In this document: in pieces, positions 34,930 to 47,866 of the stretch | Layout of the letters: every line of letters begins with the position of its first letter | Numbering within the stretch: position 1 is the first letter of the stretch | NCBI GenBank assembly: GCA_024704765.1 | Contig: JAKMXF010000307.1 | Location: 1-64,000, forward strand | Reading direction: 5' to 3' | Origin: Oopsacas minuta | Lineage: Eukaryota; Animalia; Porifera | DNA: 64,000 bases | Program-made: the position numbers and the translations under genes | The notes under the pieces: model-generated | The model's input: only the letters and a program-made list of their open reading frames with translations | What the model was told of the DNA's origin: nothing | Database searches by the model: none

Positions 34930-35850
34930 CTTTATTACCTCTAAAATGGGTTCATAATGAATCCATTATGATTTAAATATACAGTGAAACCTCTGGAATC
35001 GGTGCATGTGGGATGCTGGGAAAATTTCTGACGCCTCGATTCTGGATTTCAGTGTGGTATTGTGCCAAAATCACCATTTTTCGTATTTATGTAGTTCATA
35101 TTATGTCACACTATTGTTTCGTATTGCTAGTCACACTGTAACGTTAAAATATTTCATTCTGCTATATATCTACCCTCAGAGGCGGATTGAGTTGATTTCT
35201 TGTTCACTTACGTAGCACTTATATTGTGTTTTATTCGATAGTTATTGGGAAATTAAATTTTATTGAGTTGATTTTGGTATTGATGCCCCGATTGCGTAGG
35301 GGATTTTAGTATTAGTTCTATGCAAGCTGAGAGAATTAAATTGTCAGGGTTTGCCCCGATTCCCCGATTGTCGCTATTTCCCCGATTCCAGAGGTTCATT
35401 TGTATAGGAAAATATTTTCGCGAAATTCAAGTACCCCGATTTCAGAGGTTCCCCGATTCCAGAGGTTTCACTGAATTGAGCCTTCAGGATTGGCTGGATG
35501 CGATTCTAGGACATCAATCACATTAGCCCCTTTACACTAAATGCCCATCCATTTGTTTCCCATAGTTACAGTAAAAATTCAAACATCTGTTTGCAATAAC
35601 AAAGCTACAGCAAGTACTTCCACATCAGTTCCTAAGCTGCGTTCTTACGCATATTCCTTTTTCTAATATAGTCATTAACATTTCTGTGATTAATTACTGA
35701 ACTGGGAACTTTATTTTCGATAAAATTAATACAAGGTTCTTTCAACTTTCCACCAGTAATTATTGATCGAATTTGATGGAATTTTCTGTATTTCCTGTCA
35801 TCCAAAATGCTGGGAAGAAAATAAACAACTACCATCTACAGAAAAATGCA
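34930..35850 (-). pseudogene. OTU-family cysteine protease (deubiquitinase-like) remnant split by a MITE
   Basis: VDGSCLFSS..FWMTGNTENFHQIRSII..YIRKRNMRKNAA*GTDVEVLAVALLLQTDV..GNKW..GSI|YLNHNGF-HYEPILEV. The catalytic DGxC loop and HYE motif are present; the frame rejoins after removing 34982-35473 plus TA. Confidence 0.78.
34982..35473. mobile_element. pogo/Tigger-type MITE
   Basis: Perfect 21-bp TIR CAGTGAAACCTCTGGAATCGG; flanks TA/AA; subterminal ccccgattccagagg repeats. Confidence 0.9.
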
Positions 35851-37165
35851 ACATTTTAGATAATCTAGTATTCTAGTTCACCCAATTCTAAAAGGTCTAA
35901 ATATGTAATTATTTCTACTTCCTTACCTGGTAAACCAATATTTGAACTTCCTCTGGGTAGCTAACCTGTTCACACACAGACTTAGCTGGTACTTGTATTT
36001 CTGTATTTACTGAAGTGGTAATATCATTAGTATCGAATTCCTCTCTTTGTTCCAATACCCAAATTATGAAAAACCTCAATACCTCTCCACCCAAACAGAC
36101 ATAGTTTTTACCAAACATTTGAAAAACTAAACTATGACCAGTTTGTATTACAACTAACCACAAAACTAACACTCAACAAAGCTTTCGCTATAAGCACCTG
36201 TGATGGCATTAATAGGGTGAAACAATCATCAATAAATATGCATCAGTGAATTACCAAATTTTAGACATATTTCTAGCATTGGATAACCCATAGAATTTTG
36301 CACCATATACCCACAACTGAGCTTCAAATGTATTGAAGAAATACAAGTTATTTTCTTGAGAATTTCTTTATCAATATAATTGCTGAAATCGTCCTTCATA
36401 TTGTTATGCACGGTTAAATTAGAGGTAGATGATGCCCACACGCACACAATACGAAACATATAATCTCGTAACTCGAATTCAAGAGTAAGGATACCTAGAT
36501 TACCATATGATGAAACCGATATTGAACACTCAGGTACAATTTACAATACTAGACTTTATTAGCGATGCTCCGTAGATAAAGAAAGCTTAGTAAGGCTAAA
36601 CTCACTTGTAACCGTTCTTCTGAATCAAGGAGGATTGTTGTACAATACATCGGGGAATTTCTAGCCAAAGCACCTCTGACAATAGACTGTACGTTACAGG
36701 GATTGTTGATCCATAATAAATACAGCATGTGCCTCTTGTTCGGTTTACTGCAAGAATAGACCCATTTATAAATGGATCCCCAAATAGAACTAGAAATTTT
36801 AGCACTAATAGAAGTCTTGTGAATCAAAGCCTCGAAAGAACAAAACGTTGAGACCATGAAGTTAACCATTAACAGCCAATCGCTTGCTAATTCCAAAATT
36901 TTTAGATTTACCACCAATTGCAGAAGAATAACTCTAGGTAATTAAATTAATTAATTACCTTGTTCGTGATGAGTATCTTGATTTAGTGTGATGGGTCCTG
37001 GATTGATGTCCATGCCGCCAAGGATGAGAAGAACAGATATGACGGAGGCACAAAGTGCAGACAATAGGACAGATGAAGTCGCAATAAATAGAACCAGAAA
37101 ATATAGCGACCAATTTTGTTTTTAAGGAAATTGAATTATAAGATACGAAAGAAAGTATTTATATA

Positions 37166-38516
37166 CAGTGCCGGTCAAAAAGAATTGCTCAAAATGAATG
37201 TATACAGTATAGTAAATGTCAAATTGTATACACTGACCAGATAGTTGAATTCTTGCGAAACCATACTCAGCCATATGTATTTTGATAAGTAACACACCAA
37301 CACAGCTAATCCATTCATTATATTTGCACAACATACAGTTTTTATTTTGTGTTCTTTTTTTTCCAATTTATCTGTTTTTATCGAATTTTCAATGCCTTCT
37401 AAACCCCGAATTTCCATCGAAAATCGAGCCAACCTGATACTACTTTCAGAAAGTGGCCATACTCAGAGGGAGGTAGCTGAAATGGTTGGGTGTAGCCAAA
37501 AAAGTGTAGCCAAGATCCTTAAGAAACACAGGCTGACTGGCACGGTAAGAGACCTCGCTATTCCGGGTAGGCCTCGTGTCACAACCAAAAGGCAAGACAA
37601 TTTATTGGTCAGAAAATGCAAAAAAGATCGATTTAAGACTGCTACTCAGATCAAAGTTGAAGTGTTATCAGAATATTCGATAAAACTTTCCACTTCAAAG
37701 TTCAGAGAAGGTTACGAGGGGCTGGACTGTTCGGACGAAAACCGCGAAGGAAGCCTCGGCTTACTACCAAGCACAAAAGAGACCGACTTTCCTTCGCAAG
37801 ATCGCACAAGAATTGGAATACTGAAGAATGGACAAGAGTTGTGTTCAGTGACGAATCTAGGTTCCTTCTGTATACAAATGACAGGAGCCTACGTTAGGAT
37901 GATGAAGGGGAGGAGTTCTCAGAGAGGTGTCTTCAAAAAACTGGCAAGTTAGGTGGAGGTGGCATCATGGTTTGGGGATGCTTTTGCTGGAGTGGCGTAG
38001 GACTCTTGTGGAAAGTATCTGGGAACCTCAAGATAAATTCCTACATTGATATATTGGAAAATGCACTAATCCCAAGCGTTGATTTGCATTCTCTACATTC
38101 TGACTGGACCTTTCAGCAAGACAACGCCCCATGCCATAGGTCAAAGGGTAGTAAGCAATGGTTTGGTGAGCAAAAAATAGAGATTATGAATTGGCCTGCT
38201 CAGTCACCTAATCTAAATCCGATTGAGAATCTCTGGGATCACATTTCCCTCAGAATTCAAGAGAAAAGCCCATCCAACCACTCAGAGTTGTGGAATGCCA
38301 TATTAAGCACTTGGGATAGCATCGACATTAACAAGCTCCATACTCTAATTGAGAGTATGCCGCAAAGATGTAAAGCCGTAATTCAAGCAAGAGGAGGTAC
38401 TACTAAATACTAACAACAATTTACTTGATTATAATAAAGCATTATTGTTAAAATCAGTCATAGATATAAGAATTTGGGGTAAATTTATTCTGAGCAATTC
38501 TTTTTGACCAGCACTG
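37166..38516 (+). mobile_element. Tc1 (DD34E) transposon, full length, frameshifted transposase (about 37392-38413)
   Basis: TA|CAGTGCCGGTCAAAAAGAATTGCTC ... GAGCAATTCTTTTTGACCAGCACTG|TA. GRPRVTT, FSDES, MVWGCF, FQQDNAPCH..34 residues..PIENLW. Confidence 0.95.
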
Positions 38517-40269
38517 TATTTTGAATGGGTTCTGTACAGAAATACCTTCAAAAATTGATCTCAAAGTTATATCTCAACTATCGATTAGCAAAAAATAATT
38601 GAAATTCAGTAGGATTTAGGGTAAGAGACATGAGTTTGAACTGACCCTATTTTGTGTAAAATATGATTCATTCCCTAAATCTAACTCCTGGCTTAAAATT
38701 TGAATTCCTCTAGCTCCGCGAGGTGATAATATTTTTAACGAAATTAAATTTCATAAATGACCATACCACCAAAGTATGCATAGAGAATTTCAGAATCAAA
38801 TTCTGACTTTGAGGTTGGCAAATTCAAGGGAGTTGCGACCCTAAAAATTCGAACCAAAAGGTAGCTAAGAGTAAAAATATTTTAAATCAAAATATATAGC
38901 GTAAAACTTACAAATCTTCTCTTTCCATTGATACGAATTTTAAATCTGATCAGTACAAGTAAGTCAAATTAGTGAGTATAATGCCCCTATTCGAATTGTC
39001 TGCTAACTTGACACTCGTGATGTTTTGGGAGTACTAGGTATGCGAAGATTTACCGAGTTTAGACACCCTTGCAAACTAGAGAACCTTCATTTCTCTGTAT
39101 ACTCCAAGATAGCAGAGTACAAGAACTAAATAATGTTAAAAAAGAAATTTAATACCTCCTAAAGATAAAAATTGATGTGTCTAAAGATATAGTGTACCAA
39201 ACGATAGGATAAAAGTGTGAAATTCGGTATAATTTTTCTTTATTCGCCTAAAAATCAATTTCATAAATACCAACATTTAATTCTATTTTAAAATACTTAG
39301 TTTGATACCTCATTTCCATAAACCAAACATGATAGATTTATAGGGACGCAGTTGACCATTTGTTCTTTTGAATATCTGAATACGGGATAATTTCACATAA
39401 TTATTCAGATATCCGCCTCACAGTGGGAAAAAATGGGCACTTTAGGGGAAATAGGCATGTAACTACTAGCTACATGTTCATAAGGATTCAAAAATAGCAA
39501 ATCGGTGCGAAAATCGATTGGAAACATAAATTAATATCTGAGTAGTATTTAACACAATTGGGTATGATTTGCGGTAGATTCGTGAACATTATAATTGTTG
39601 TTAGAAATTTCCTTAATATTGGCAACACATCAGGATGATTCCATTAATCAGGCGCAAATATCCTAATGAATTAACCCACCAGAATATTCTATTGTTTCCT
39701 CTAGAAACTCCTATTCGTGAATTCCTAAACAGTGATACCGAGATTTATATTATGTAGTTAATTAATAATATATAGGGATTTGAAATATAATTGAAACCAG
39801 AAAAGTGAAGGACTTACATAGCTTAGCATAGGAATAATTATTATAAAAGGGACAAACATATTCAACGACCAATTATAAATTACGATAACATGACTAATAC
39901 GGATTCTCGAAGCGAGTCTTAAAATACCGAAAATGTTCGTTAGGAACTTCTCCCCAGGTGATGTGGAAGATAAGATACACATACGTTTCAGAGCCTTTCA
40001 ATTTCTAATAAAAGTATACAAAATATATGGTACAGTGTCAATAAAGATTCATAATACTTAATTTTCAATAATCAAATTGTTATACTAGGAAACGGCAGCT
40101 CGAAAATTAAAAAGATTAGTGCCACCCTGGAAGTGACAACCTCTATAAAGCGTAGACAAAAATATAATGGAAAACAATGCAAAATAGCTCAAATTTTATC
40201 TCTCATTGCGAGATTTGCTGAAAAGACAAAAAGCCTTTGAAATCAATAGTTTTAAAATCAATAGCTTCA

Positions 40270-40680
40270 TTAGATTACATATCCAGTAGTCAAATGGACC
40301 TTATCGATGCTCAACGAAGTTTTCTGCCGATTGCGAGCTACAAAAGTAGCTATTAGTCTACCAGGAGCACTTTACTATTATATTCGTCTTTATTGCTCCC
40401 CCTTATCAGCAAATCTGCTGTAGTTGCATCAGATGCATGATTAAAAAGTTTCAAGGAGGGAGCACCACTAATATTACATAGCGACAATGGTAGGGAATTT
40501 TGCAATGAGCTACAATTTCAGTTATTGAATCAAAACTGGCCTTAATTTAGGAATATACATTGAAATTTACAGTATCCACGATTCCAAGGCTCTGTTGACA
40601 CGAACAAATACTTAATTCAGCGACTTTGGAACAATAAAGCTATCGATCAAAGTTTCCGCCAAAGGTGTAACATATTTTAG
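40270..40680 (+). pseudogene. Ginger2/KRBA2-like integrase fragment
   Basis: SSQMDLIDAQ, LVYQEHFT, GAPLILHSDNGREFCNEL, PRFQGSVD; collinear with 22300-22600. Confidence 0.75.
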
Positions 40681-42205
40681 CTTACAATCATTTAACTCAG
40701 GATCAGAACTATCAGATTTTGGACGAATACTTACAGGTACAACATCCAATGTTAATGTTAACTGCATTGAATGTGGACTGGAAACTGTGGATCACAGCTT
40801 GAAGGGAAGGGTTTGGGTTTGGCCTATTTCGCAGTAAATATACTATGCAAAGAGGCATAAAGGCTGATAAATGTATAAGGAGAAACATCAAACGAAAGCA
40901 AAAGCAGTTGCATTACTAACTGCTCAAGTCTAACTACCTCCCGGAAATGTGGGGGATAATGGATATAAAATATCACAATCGGCATCCTAAAGAAATGTGT
41001 TAGATTGTATTGGGTTGGTAACCATTTGTACAAATGAAGTATTCTTAATTCTGTCCAGAAAGACATTGCAACGAAAATCATGAAGAAAATAAGTATAAAG
41101 TGATCTGCTTATGAGTTCCATAATAATAAATACAATGGAAGTACGTTGTAAATCAGGGTTTCATCCAGGTTTTCAGAGTCATACGCTAAAATTGAATTTT
41201 CATTATTTTAATACGCCTAGACTATATATTTTCCACTTCTGTAAATGAGGTTTGACTAAATTTTCGTATACTTAGAGATATATCTCTTGAAATTCGTGCG
41301 GCTGTAGGCGCGCTGCATACACGTGGATAATATCCCTGTAGTGATACTTTAGTTGAGGACGATCGCAGAAAGTTTAGGGTATACATGTGACGAACTGAAT
41401 ACTGTATTAAATAATCAGTAAAAAGGGCGCCAAACTGATTTAGCTTAGGAGCCCAAAGTATCTTAATCCGTCCCTGACCATTTTTCATAATTTCAATAAG
41501 GCAATATTTGTTGGGAAGGCTGTTAACGGCGATGCTGATACAATCACTGATTATGATGACAAATAATTAGTAATTTAAGCTTGGTTACCTTCAGTCATGT
41601 TGGTTATGCTTAGTCATAATAGCAATAAAAATGCGATATTATTCAATAATGACACAAAATATCTCGGTGACCACTGTGTGGGCAGTATTGATATATCACA
41701 ACTATATGAGAAATAATCTAACCGAATGAATATTCAAATATACAATCTTTATGTGAAGGCTTTGGTCGTAACGATTACTAATTTTCTTTTCAGTGCTAAT
41801 GTACGTAATTGTATTTGCAGATGGATAAATAAAATGAGTTTAAAAGATAAATACAGTTGACCCCCCTCTTATGCGATTCCCAACAATCCGAAACTTCGCT
41901 AATTCGAACAGTGCATAAAGGCGATACAATCTCCGCAAACATATTCAAAAATGAATAAACACCAATTCTGCTGCGGATGATAACATAATACAATATTTCA
42001 TATCCAAGAGGCATGTTCAAAGTTTGACAACATCCGTAAATAGAGTAGGCCCTAGTTCCCATACTATGGATCTCCGGAATTTCAATAATTTGAACAATTT
42101 CATCATTCTAAACAAAAAATATTTTGTTTATACCGGGCTGTTCGCATTAGCGAAAGACTAACTTATAGCAATTCAAAATCATTTATGATTTAGAAGATCA
42201 AAAGG

Positions 42206-43333
42206 TTAATATAAAATTAGTCCATCAGAATTTTGTAATATTTTGATGTTGTAATTCAACTTTAAACATTTGGAAAATGATTCAGTAGAAAGTAACACTC
42301 CACTATCGATTATGTCACATATTCCTGTAAGTTCCTGAATAGGCTTGAAATGAATTAACCGACAAAAAGAATAATTAGGGAGTATTGATTGATACAGGTG
42401 GGCAATACAGTACAATTCTTCATTGAAGGATCGTTGAGAATTAAGTGTAAGAATCATAAAAAGAAAAATAAATAGTGTTTGGAAATCGAAAGCTATACTA
42501 TTTGACTTTAGAACTGAGCCAAATTCACAGCAAATTTCTGTATATCTGTGAAGTGAGAAGGAATAAGATGAATAGATTTGTACTAATTTCGTCAGATTAT
42601 GAGATGAATTGAAATTGAATTCAAGCTGAAGATTTTCTGTTGGGAATATTGAATATATGCTACATAAACGATTCAGCGAATTCACATTGCAAGCATACAA
42701 GGACTGAACCAAAGATTCGATAAAATGAAATATATTTAGGTAAATTAACATATTCTTGTGTGTATTTCGAAGGTAATAGGAAAGATCTAGATTTAGGGTT
42801 TTAATATAATTGACACAAGGACTGAACTCTTTTCTAAGGTTAAACATAAACAGTCTATGGAAATCTGGCCTAGGAATAGATTCTGAGTCTGATAATAAAA
42901 GGGATGAAGAAAAAATCCTCAAAATGTGATTAGACTCTTGTGAGTAGGAATTCATGAAATAGTGAATGCAAGAGTTTATTAGGTTGCGATATTTGGACAT
43001 TTGAGACAAAATCAAATTACAAGATGAAATATTACGAATATGATGAATCATATTCGTTTCAGATTGGAGAAACCGTGTATATGAATTATGTGAGTGAAAT
43101 TTATGATCGGGTATTAGTTGATTATATGTATTCGAGGAATCTGAACAATACATATCAATGGGAATTTGTGCAGTTTTCTTGATGAGAAGTAAAATAATCA
43201 AATAATAAAGATAACTACTCATATTCTGATTTAACAAACTTTCCATTTTCGAAAAACAAGAACCGATGGAATAGTTGTTCTTAGGCGATAAAAGTTGGGA
43301 ATGATTCGAAAATATACAGACATAAATTTCCAT
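42206..43333 (-). CDS. Orphan intronless ORF, 375 aa, unknown function, possible signal peptide from Met38
   Basis: ATG-initiated, stop-free 1128-bp frame in very AT-rich DNA. Hydrophobic stretches MSSYLYYLIILLLI and FQTLFIFLFMILTL. No TE motif recognised. Confidence 0.6.
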   Translation of the reverse strand: MEIYVCIFSNHSQLLSPKNNYSIGSCFSKMESLLNQNMSSYLYYLIILLLIKKTAQIPIDMYCSDSSNTYNQLIPDHKFHSHNSYTRFLQSETNMIHHIRNISSCNLILSQMSKYRNLINSCIHYFMNSYSQESNHILRIFSSSLLLSDSESIPRPDFHRLFMFNLRKEFSPCVNYIKTLNLDLSYYLRNTHKNMLIYLNIFHFIESLVQSLYACNVNSLNRLCSIYSIFPTENLQLEFNFNSSHNLTKLVQIYSSYSFSLHRYTEICCEFGSVLKSNSIAFDFQTLFIFLFMILTLNSQRSFNEELYCIAHLYQSILPNYSFCRLIHFKPIQELTGICDIIDSGVLLSTESFSKCLKLNYNIKILQNSDGLILY

Positions 43334-43879
43334 TAAGTCTTTAAAAGAAGAAGTGACCTAGAGGAATAACAAAAAATTAGCAACCCAAACAATAACAACT
43401 ATAATTGTTAAATAGACACTATTCTATATAAATATAATTACATAGGCTCTTGGGAGCAGGCTCCTTGCTTGCTAGCAAATATCTAATGTATATATGGCCC
43501 ACAATATATTATGCACGATCACTGACCCTATTTTGATTAACCATGGATATATTGAAGTTCATTGAATTTAGATATGAAATTTACTCTTCTCAATAACACA
43601 AGATTGATATATTTGGGGTCGATTATTGCCAATACACTAACTCGCACTCACAACGTACAAGTAAATGTCATCAAATTGTATATATGCATGGCGGTGCTAT
43701 ATAGTGAATGTCATCTAGAAAGATTTCCCGTGGAAATATTATGAAGAATAATTCTTCATGGAAGAATAGTAGATAGATTTATTCCGAAAATGGAATTCGC
43801 ACAATTTCAAAGAAAGTTAGTAAACATCTATACTGTCAGAACGGAATTCATCTGTATATGTTTGTATGTCAAAAATTGA

Positions 43880-44020
43880 TTGAAAAAAATGGATGACCCC
43901 TAGGGATATTTGGGTCTGGCTCGGACAAGTTCGAGTCTTGGACGAAAATTCAAACAATGACGGAAATTATGACGTCATTATCACCTTTTTGGATTTTCGA
44001 AAAATCACATTATTAACCAC
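43880..44020 (-). repeat. Inverted partial copy of the dispersed repeat at 19680-19800 and 59620-59880
   Basis: caagttcgagtcttgg..atgacg.aaattatgacgt..ttttcgaaaaat is the reverse complement of the shared aagactc.aact / acgtcataatttcgtca motifs. Confidence 0.55.
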
Positions 44021-44396
44021 TGATTAGTTAATATAAGGGTTGGAATTTAACCCTGGTTAATCAAACTATAGAAGTATATTTCCCATTTTTGAAAATGTCT
44101 TCACTAAGCTAGATTAATTAAATGAAGACAATACATCAGAATCTAGCTCTATTCTATTACCACTTGTAAGACATCTAGTTATAAGTGAATTATACGATTA
44201 CATATCTATATTTATGAAGACTTTGAATATTTACTGTGTTTACAATTTAATCAAATTATAGTCTGGAATCCTAAATTAGAGTCTCAAACACAGTTTAGGT
44301 AGTTTACCAATTAAATGAGGTTTAGCACAGTGTAATAACCAGTTTTGACCATACAATAGGATTTAACCCAATTGAACCCACAAAATGGGGTTAAAC

Positions 44397-45919
44397 CACC
44401 GGTTCTCAAAGTGTGGGTCGCGACCCAAAGTGGGGTCGCCACGAAATTCTTGTGGGGTCACATAAAGATATATCATTGACCCATAATTAATGCGGTAGAA
44501 ATACTAATCTATAGTTATACGTAAACACGTATATGTATTTGTAATAATATACATTTATGATTTTGTTTGCAGTGGTGTTTTACTTATTTGCCCTTTGTAA
44601 AAACTTAAGAGGGATAGAAACCGCCTCCCACCAAAGCACGTCACTCATACATTTTCATATTTGTTGACAAATTAGAGTACTTTTAGTACAAATTAAAGTT
44701 GACTGGCAGTTACTTGATACACTGTTTACTTTCTACTAGCTGCTTCGGAGTGTTTTGTTCATTGATGTCTGTTTCAACAACTAAATCAAAATCACGAAAG
44801 CGGAACTATTATGAAACTTTCTTGAAACTTAGTTTTGTAGAATTTCATGGTAACCGAAATGTGTCCTATGTGGAGTGATCTTATCAGCTGAATCTATGAA
44901 GACGAACAAGTTACAGACGTATCTGCACACAAAACATCGGAATTTGCGGTGATGAACCAATCAACTTTTTTGAACCCAAGGTTCATGTTTTACATAAAGA
45001 AAATTCTGCAATGGCTTCATTCACGGGAGTAAATAAGGCAGCAGTGCATGCATCATATGTAGCTTCCCATCACATTGCCAAAAATAAAAGGTCACACAGC
45101 ATTGGTGAGAATTTGATACTTCCTCTCACGAAACAAGTAGTTGAAATAATGCTTGGACAAACTCAGAGCAAGAAATTGAATGTGCTATCCTTGTCAAATG
45201 ATACTGTACAGAAACGCATAATTGATATGTCTGAAGATGTCCTTGAGCAAATACTGCAACAGCTCAATGACTCAGTGTACTATGCGATTCAATTATATGA
45301 GTCAACTGAAATTGCAAGTATGCCTCAACTTTCTGTGTTCATTAGATACGTCAGTGACTGCGAAACAATTGAGAATTTCCGTTCTGCAGACTACTACTAC
45401 TGGGTTCGGTATATGGGTTCGGTATATTCAATTGCTTGAACACCTTCTTTGTTATAAAAAAAAACATTGCATGGAAGTCGGATGGGACAAATGTGTTGGA
45501 AAATGTACAGATGGAGCTGTAGCCTGTATGGTATCGGAAATGGTGTTGTGAAACGAATGCAAGATGATGCTAAATCTGCAAAGTGGACACAAACAAAAGC
45601 TCGAAATCGCCTGCAGCTGGAGCACGATTTACGACTCGTACAGAACGTAAATCCACCCTTCATAGATCTCACAACTAACAAACAAACATACCCTTCACAT
45701 TGAAACAGATTAATGATTTAGTGAATATAGGCTTATAGCTATAGTCCTTTTAGTGACAAAGTATTCAACATCGTGTGAATTGTGTCATCATAGTTTTTGA
45801 AATTAATAAATTGTATTTTCATGAATACAAACCATTTTTAGCTTATAGGGTTGCAATATAACTCAGTACCAAAAATGTTAGAAATTGGGGTCGCGACAAA
45901 AAAAGTTTGAGAACCCCTA
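44397..45919 (+). mobile_element. hAT (Buster/Charlie, ZBED5-like) deletion derivative
   Basis: TIR CACCGGTTCTCAAA / TAGGGGTTCTCAAA (reverse complement). 8-bp flanks ggtTAaac/cttTAgac. Motifs: HSIGENLILP, SLSNDTVQKRI, YAIQLYESTEIA. Confidence 0.88.
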
Positions 45920-46319
45920 CTTTAGACCTAATTTGTTTAATAAATATTTCAATGAAGACGCATTAAGTATAAAAAGCATTGTATAATACGCATTATACTT
46001 TCAATTACAATTTTTTGGTGACGTAACTTCTATTAGGCCGATTTCTGAAATAAATATTTGCATCAAAACAGTAGCTCTCGATTCGATAATGAGAAATATC
46101 GGATAGCTGACCAAATAATATAATACTTGAAAACAATGTAACTTATACAAGTCTAACAATGTCCAAATCTCATATTTCGAAGAAAAACCAGACGAGTTAA
46201 AACATAGATCACGTATAACGTATTCTACGTTATACGCGTCTTATACAAATTAGCTTTAGACATGATTTTGTGTGAATCTTAATTCTGATAGGCAGTGGTA
46301 ATGGTGGTTCCAAGTTAAG

Positions 46320-46800
46320 GGTTTGTCAAGACCTAGTAATAGATGTTGCTTCTATTTTGAAGTAGAAAAGAATGGTATGAGGAATTGTTAGTATTGACTG
46401 CGAATTAAAGGAATCTTGGGCTTTCAGCACATCACCATTTAACAACATAGATTCACAGGTCATGAGAGCAGATGGTACTAACAGTTGTTGACAAACAATA
46501 TGGTAAATATGATCAAAGCCGAAACTCTGGTAATTGAGAATTTCTTTGCTTAATGTTTTGAATGCTCTGGCCAGCAGCACTGCATCACTTTCGTAATCGC
46601 ATATTATTGTCACCTACAGAATCAGCTTCATACCTTTTCCAAAGAATAAATCCCATTTTGGCCATAGCTCAGCTCTTGTACTTGTAGAAATTTGCTAGAA
46701 CTTTTTCTTTGAATCATAGTCTATTGGTATCTTCCTCAAACCCAAGGCATTGTTGTAATCAATCTCCATATAGTTGATATAAATGCGAAATGTCCCATTT
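46320..46800 (-). pseudogene. AcademX-like transposase N-terminal fragment
   Basis: DAVLLARAFKTLSKEILNYQSFGF..CQQLLVPSALMTCESMLLNG..SQSILTIPHTILF resembles the N-terminal region of the large CXC/XPG transposase family. Confidence 0.5.
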
Positions 46801-47083
46801 TTATACATTAACTTCATATGGAATACAATGAAAATAAAACTAGTTAGATATAAACATGTCTGAAAAATGTTCTATTTCACCTAGGTTATTCCATATGCGC
46901 TTATTTACAACATACGAAAGGATAAGGGATAATCAGAAATACAACTTGCAATGTTAATTTAAGAAATTTTCATCCAAAGATATCAAAAAATATTGATGAA
47001 AATTCTTCAATAAATATTGGCAAAATCCAATCACATGAAATGTGCCAATCGATAATTGTCTAGATTGGGTTGGATTGGCACTC

Positions 47084-47866
47084 CTAGTTACCAGGAATTG
47101 GAAGGTTTAGTCCCTCCGCAACCGAACAACAAAGATAGGGATGGAATGGATAAGAATATACGGAAATTACCTTAAAATTTTGATAATTAAACAAGGATTC
47201 ATGGTGGTGAGAAAGAACTATATACGGATTATCATCATCATCTAAAATAAGGCGTTTTCGAAGAAAATTAACCAAAGTACATTTGTCAGAATATATTTGT
47301 GGAACAAGAGATAAAAGATATAAATTTAATGTATATGCCAATCCAAATAAGGTAGCATGGTGGATCAAAACTGAACGAATTTGATTGATTTCGTTAAATA
47401 ACTCTAACATCTGGAGAACAAGAGTATGTAAATCCATGAAGAAAAGTCCATTAGTATACAAGAAATTGTCAAAATCATCAACATGATGAAATTGTAAGAG
47501 AAATCTTCGGTCAGATGAAGACAATATAAGACTTAGAGGGAGATCAAAAATGGTAGAAAATTTTGCTAATTCATTCAGGATAAGACAAGATTTGGGAAAA
47601 GATAACAAATAGTCGAATATCCCAGTAGGAAAACCAAAAGATAAATCAAAGTGGTTCTTTGAAGAAAATACATCAGGAAAAGCAGACATTGTACTGAATC
47701 TGGTGAAAAAGCGGAATATTGATAATCTAAATACGTTAAAGATGGGTAATATCGTAATTGAAAAATCCTCAGGAATATAATGAGGATTTTGATTAGAACT
47801 CTCCCGATAATGAATCACCCATTTCTGGAGACTGTATAAAGAGAATTCAAAATTTCTAACGAATCT
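47084..47866 (-). pseudogene. Orphan ORF (about 260 open codons) whose 5' end is cut by Merlin copy 2
   Basis: ORF 47084-47887 takes its ATG from inside the Merlin TIR. The frame is stop-free from the insertion point to 47084. No recognisable domain. Confidence 0.55.

Noticed and set aside
34900-37000. Helitron call for the OTU region
   Set aside because: No Rep or PIF1-helicase motifs and no TC/CTRR termini with hairpin were recognised.
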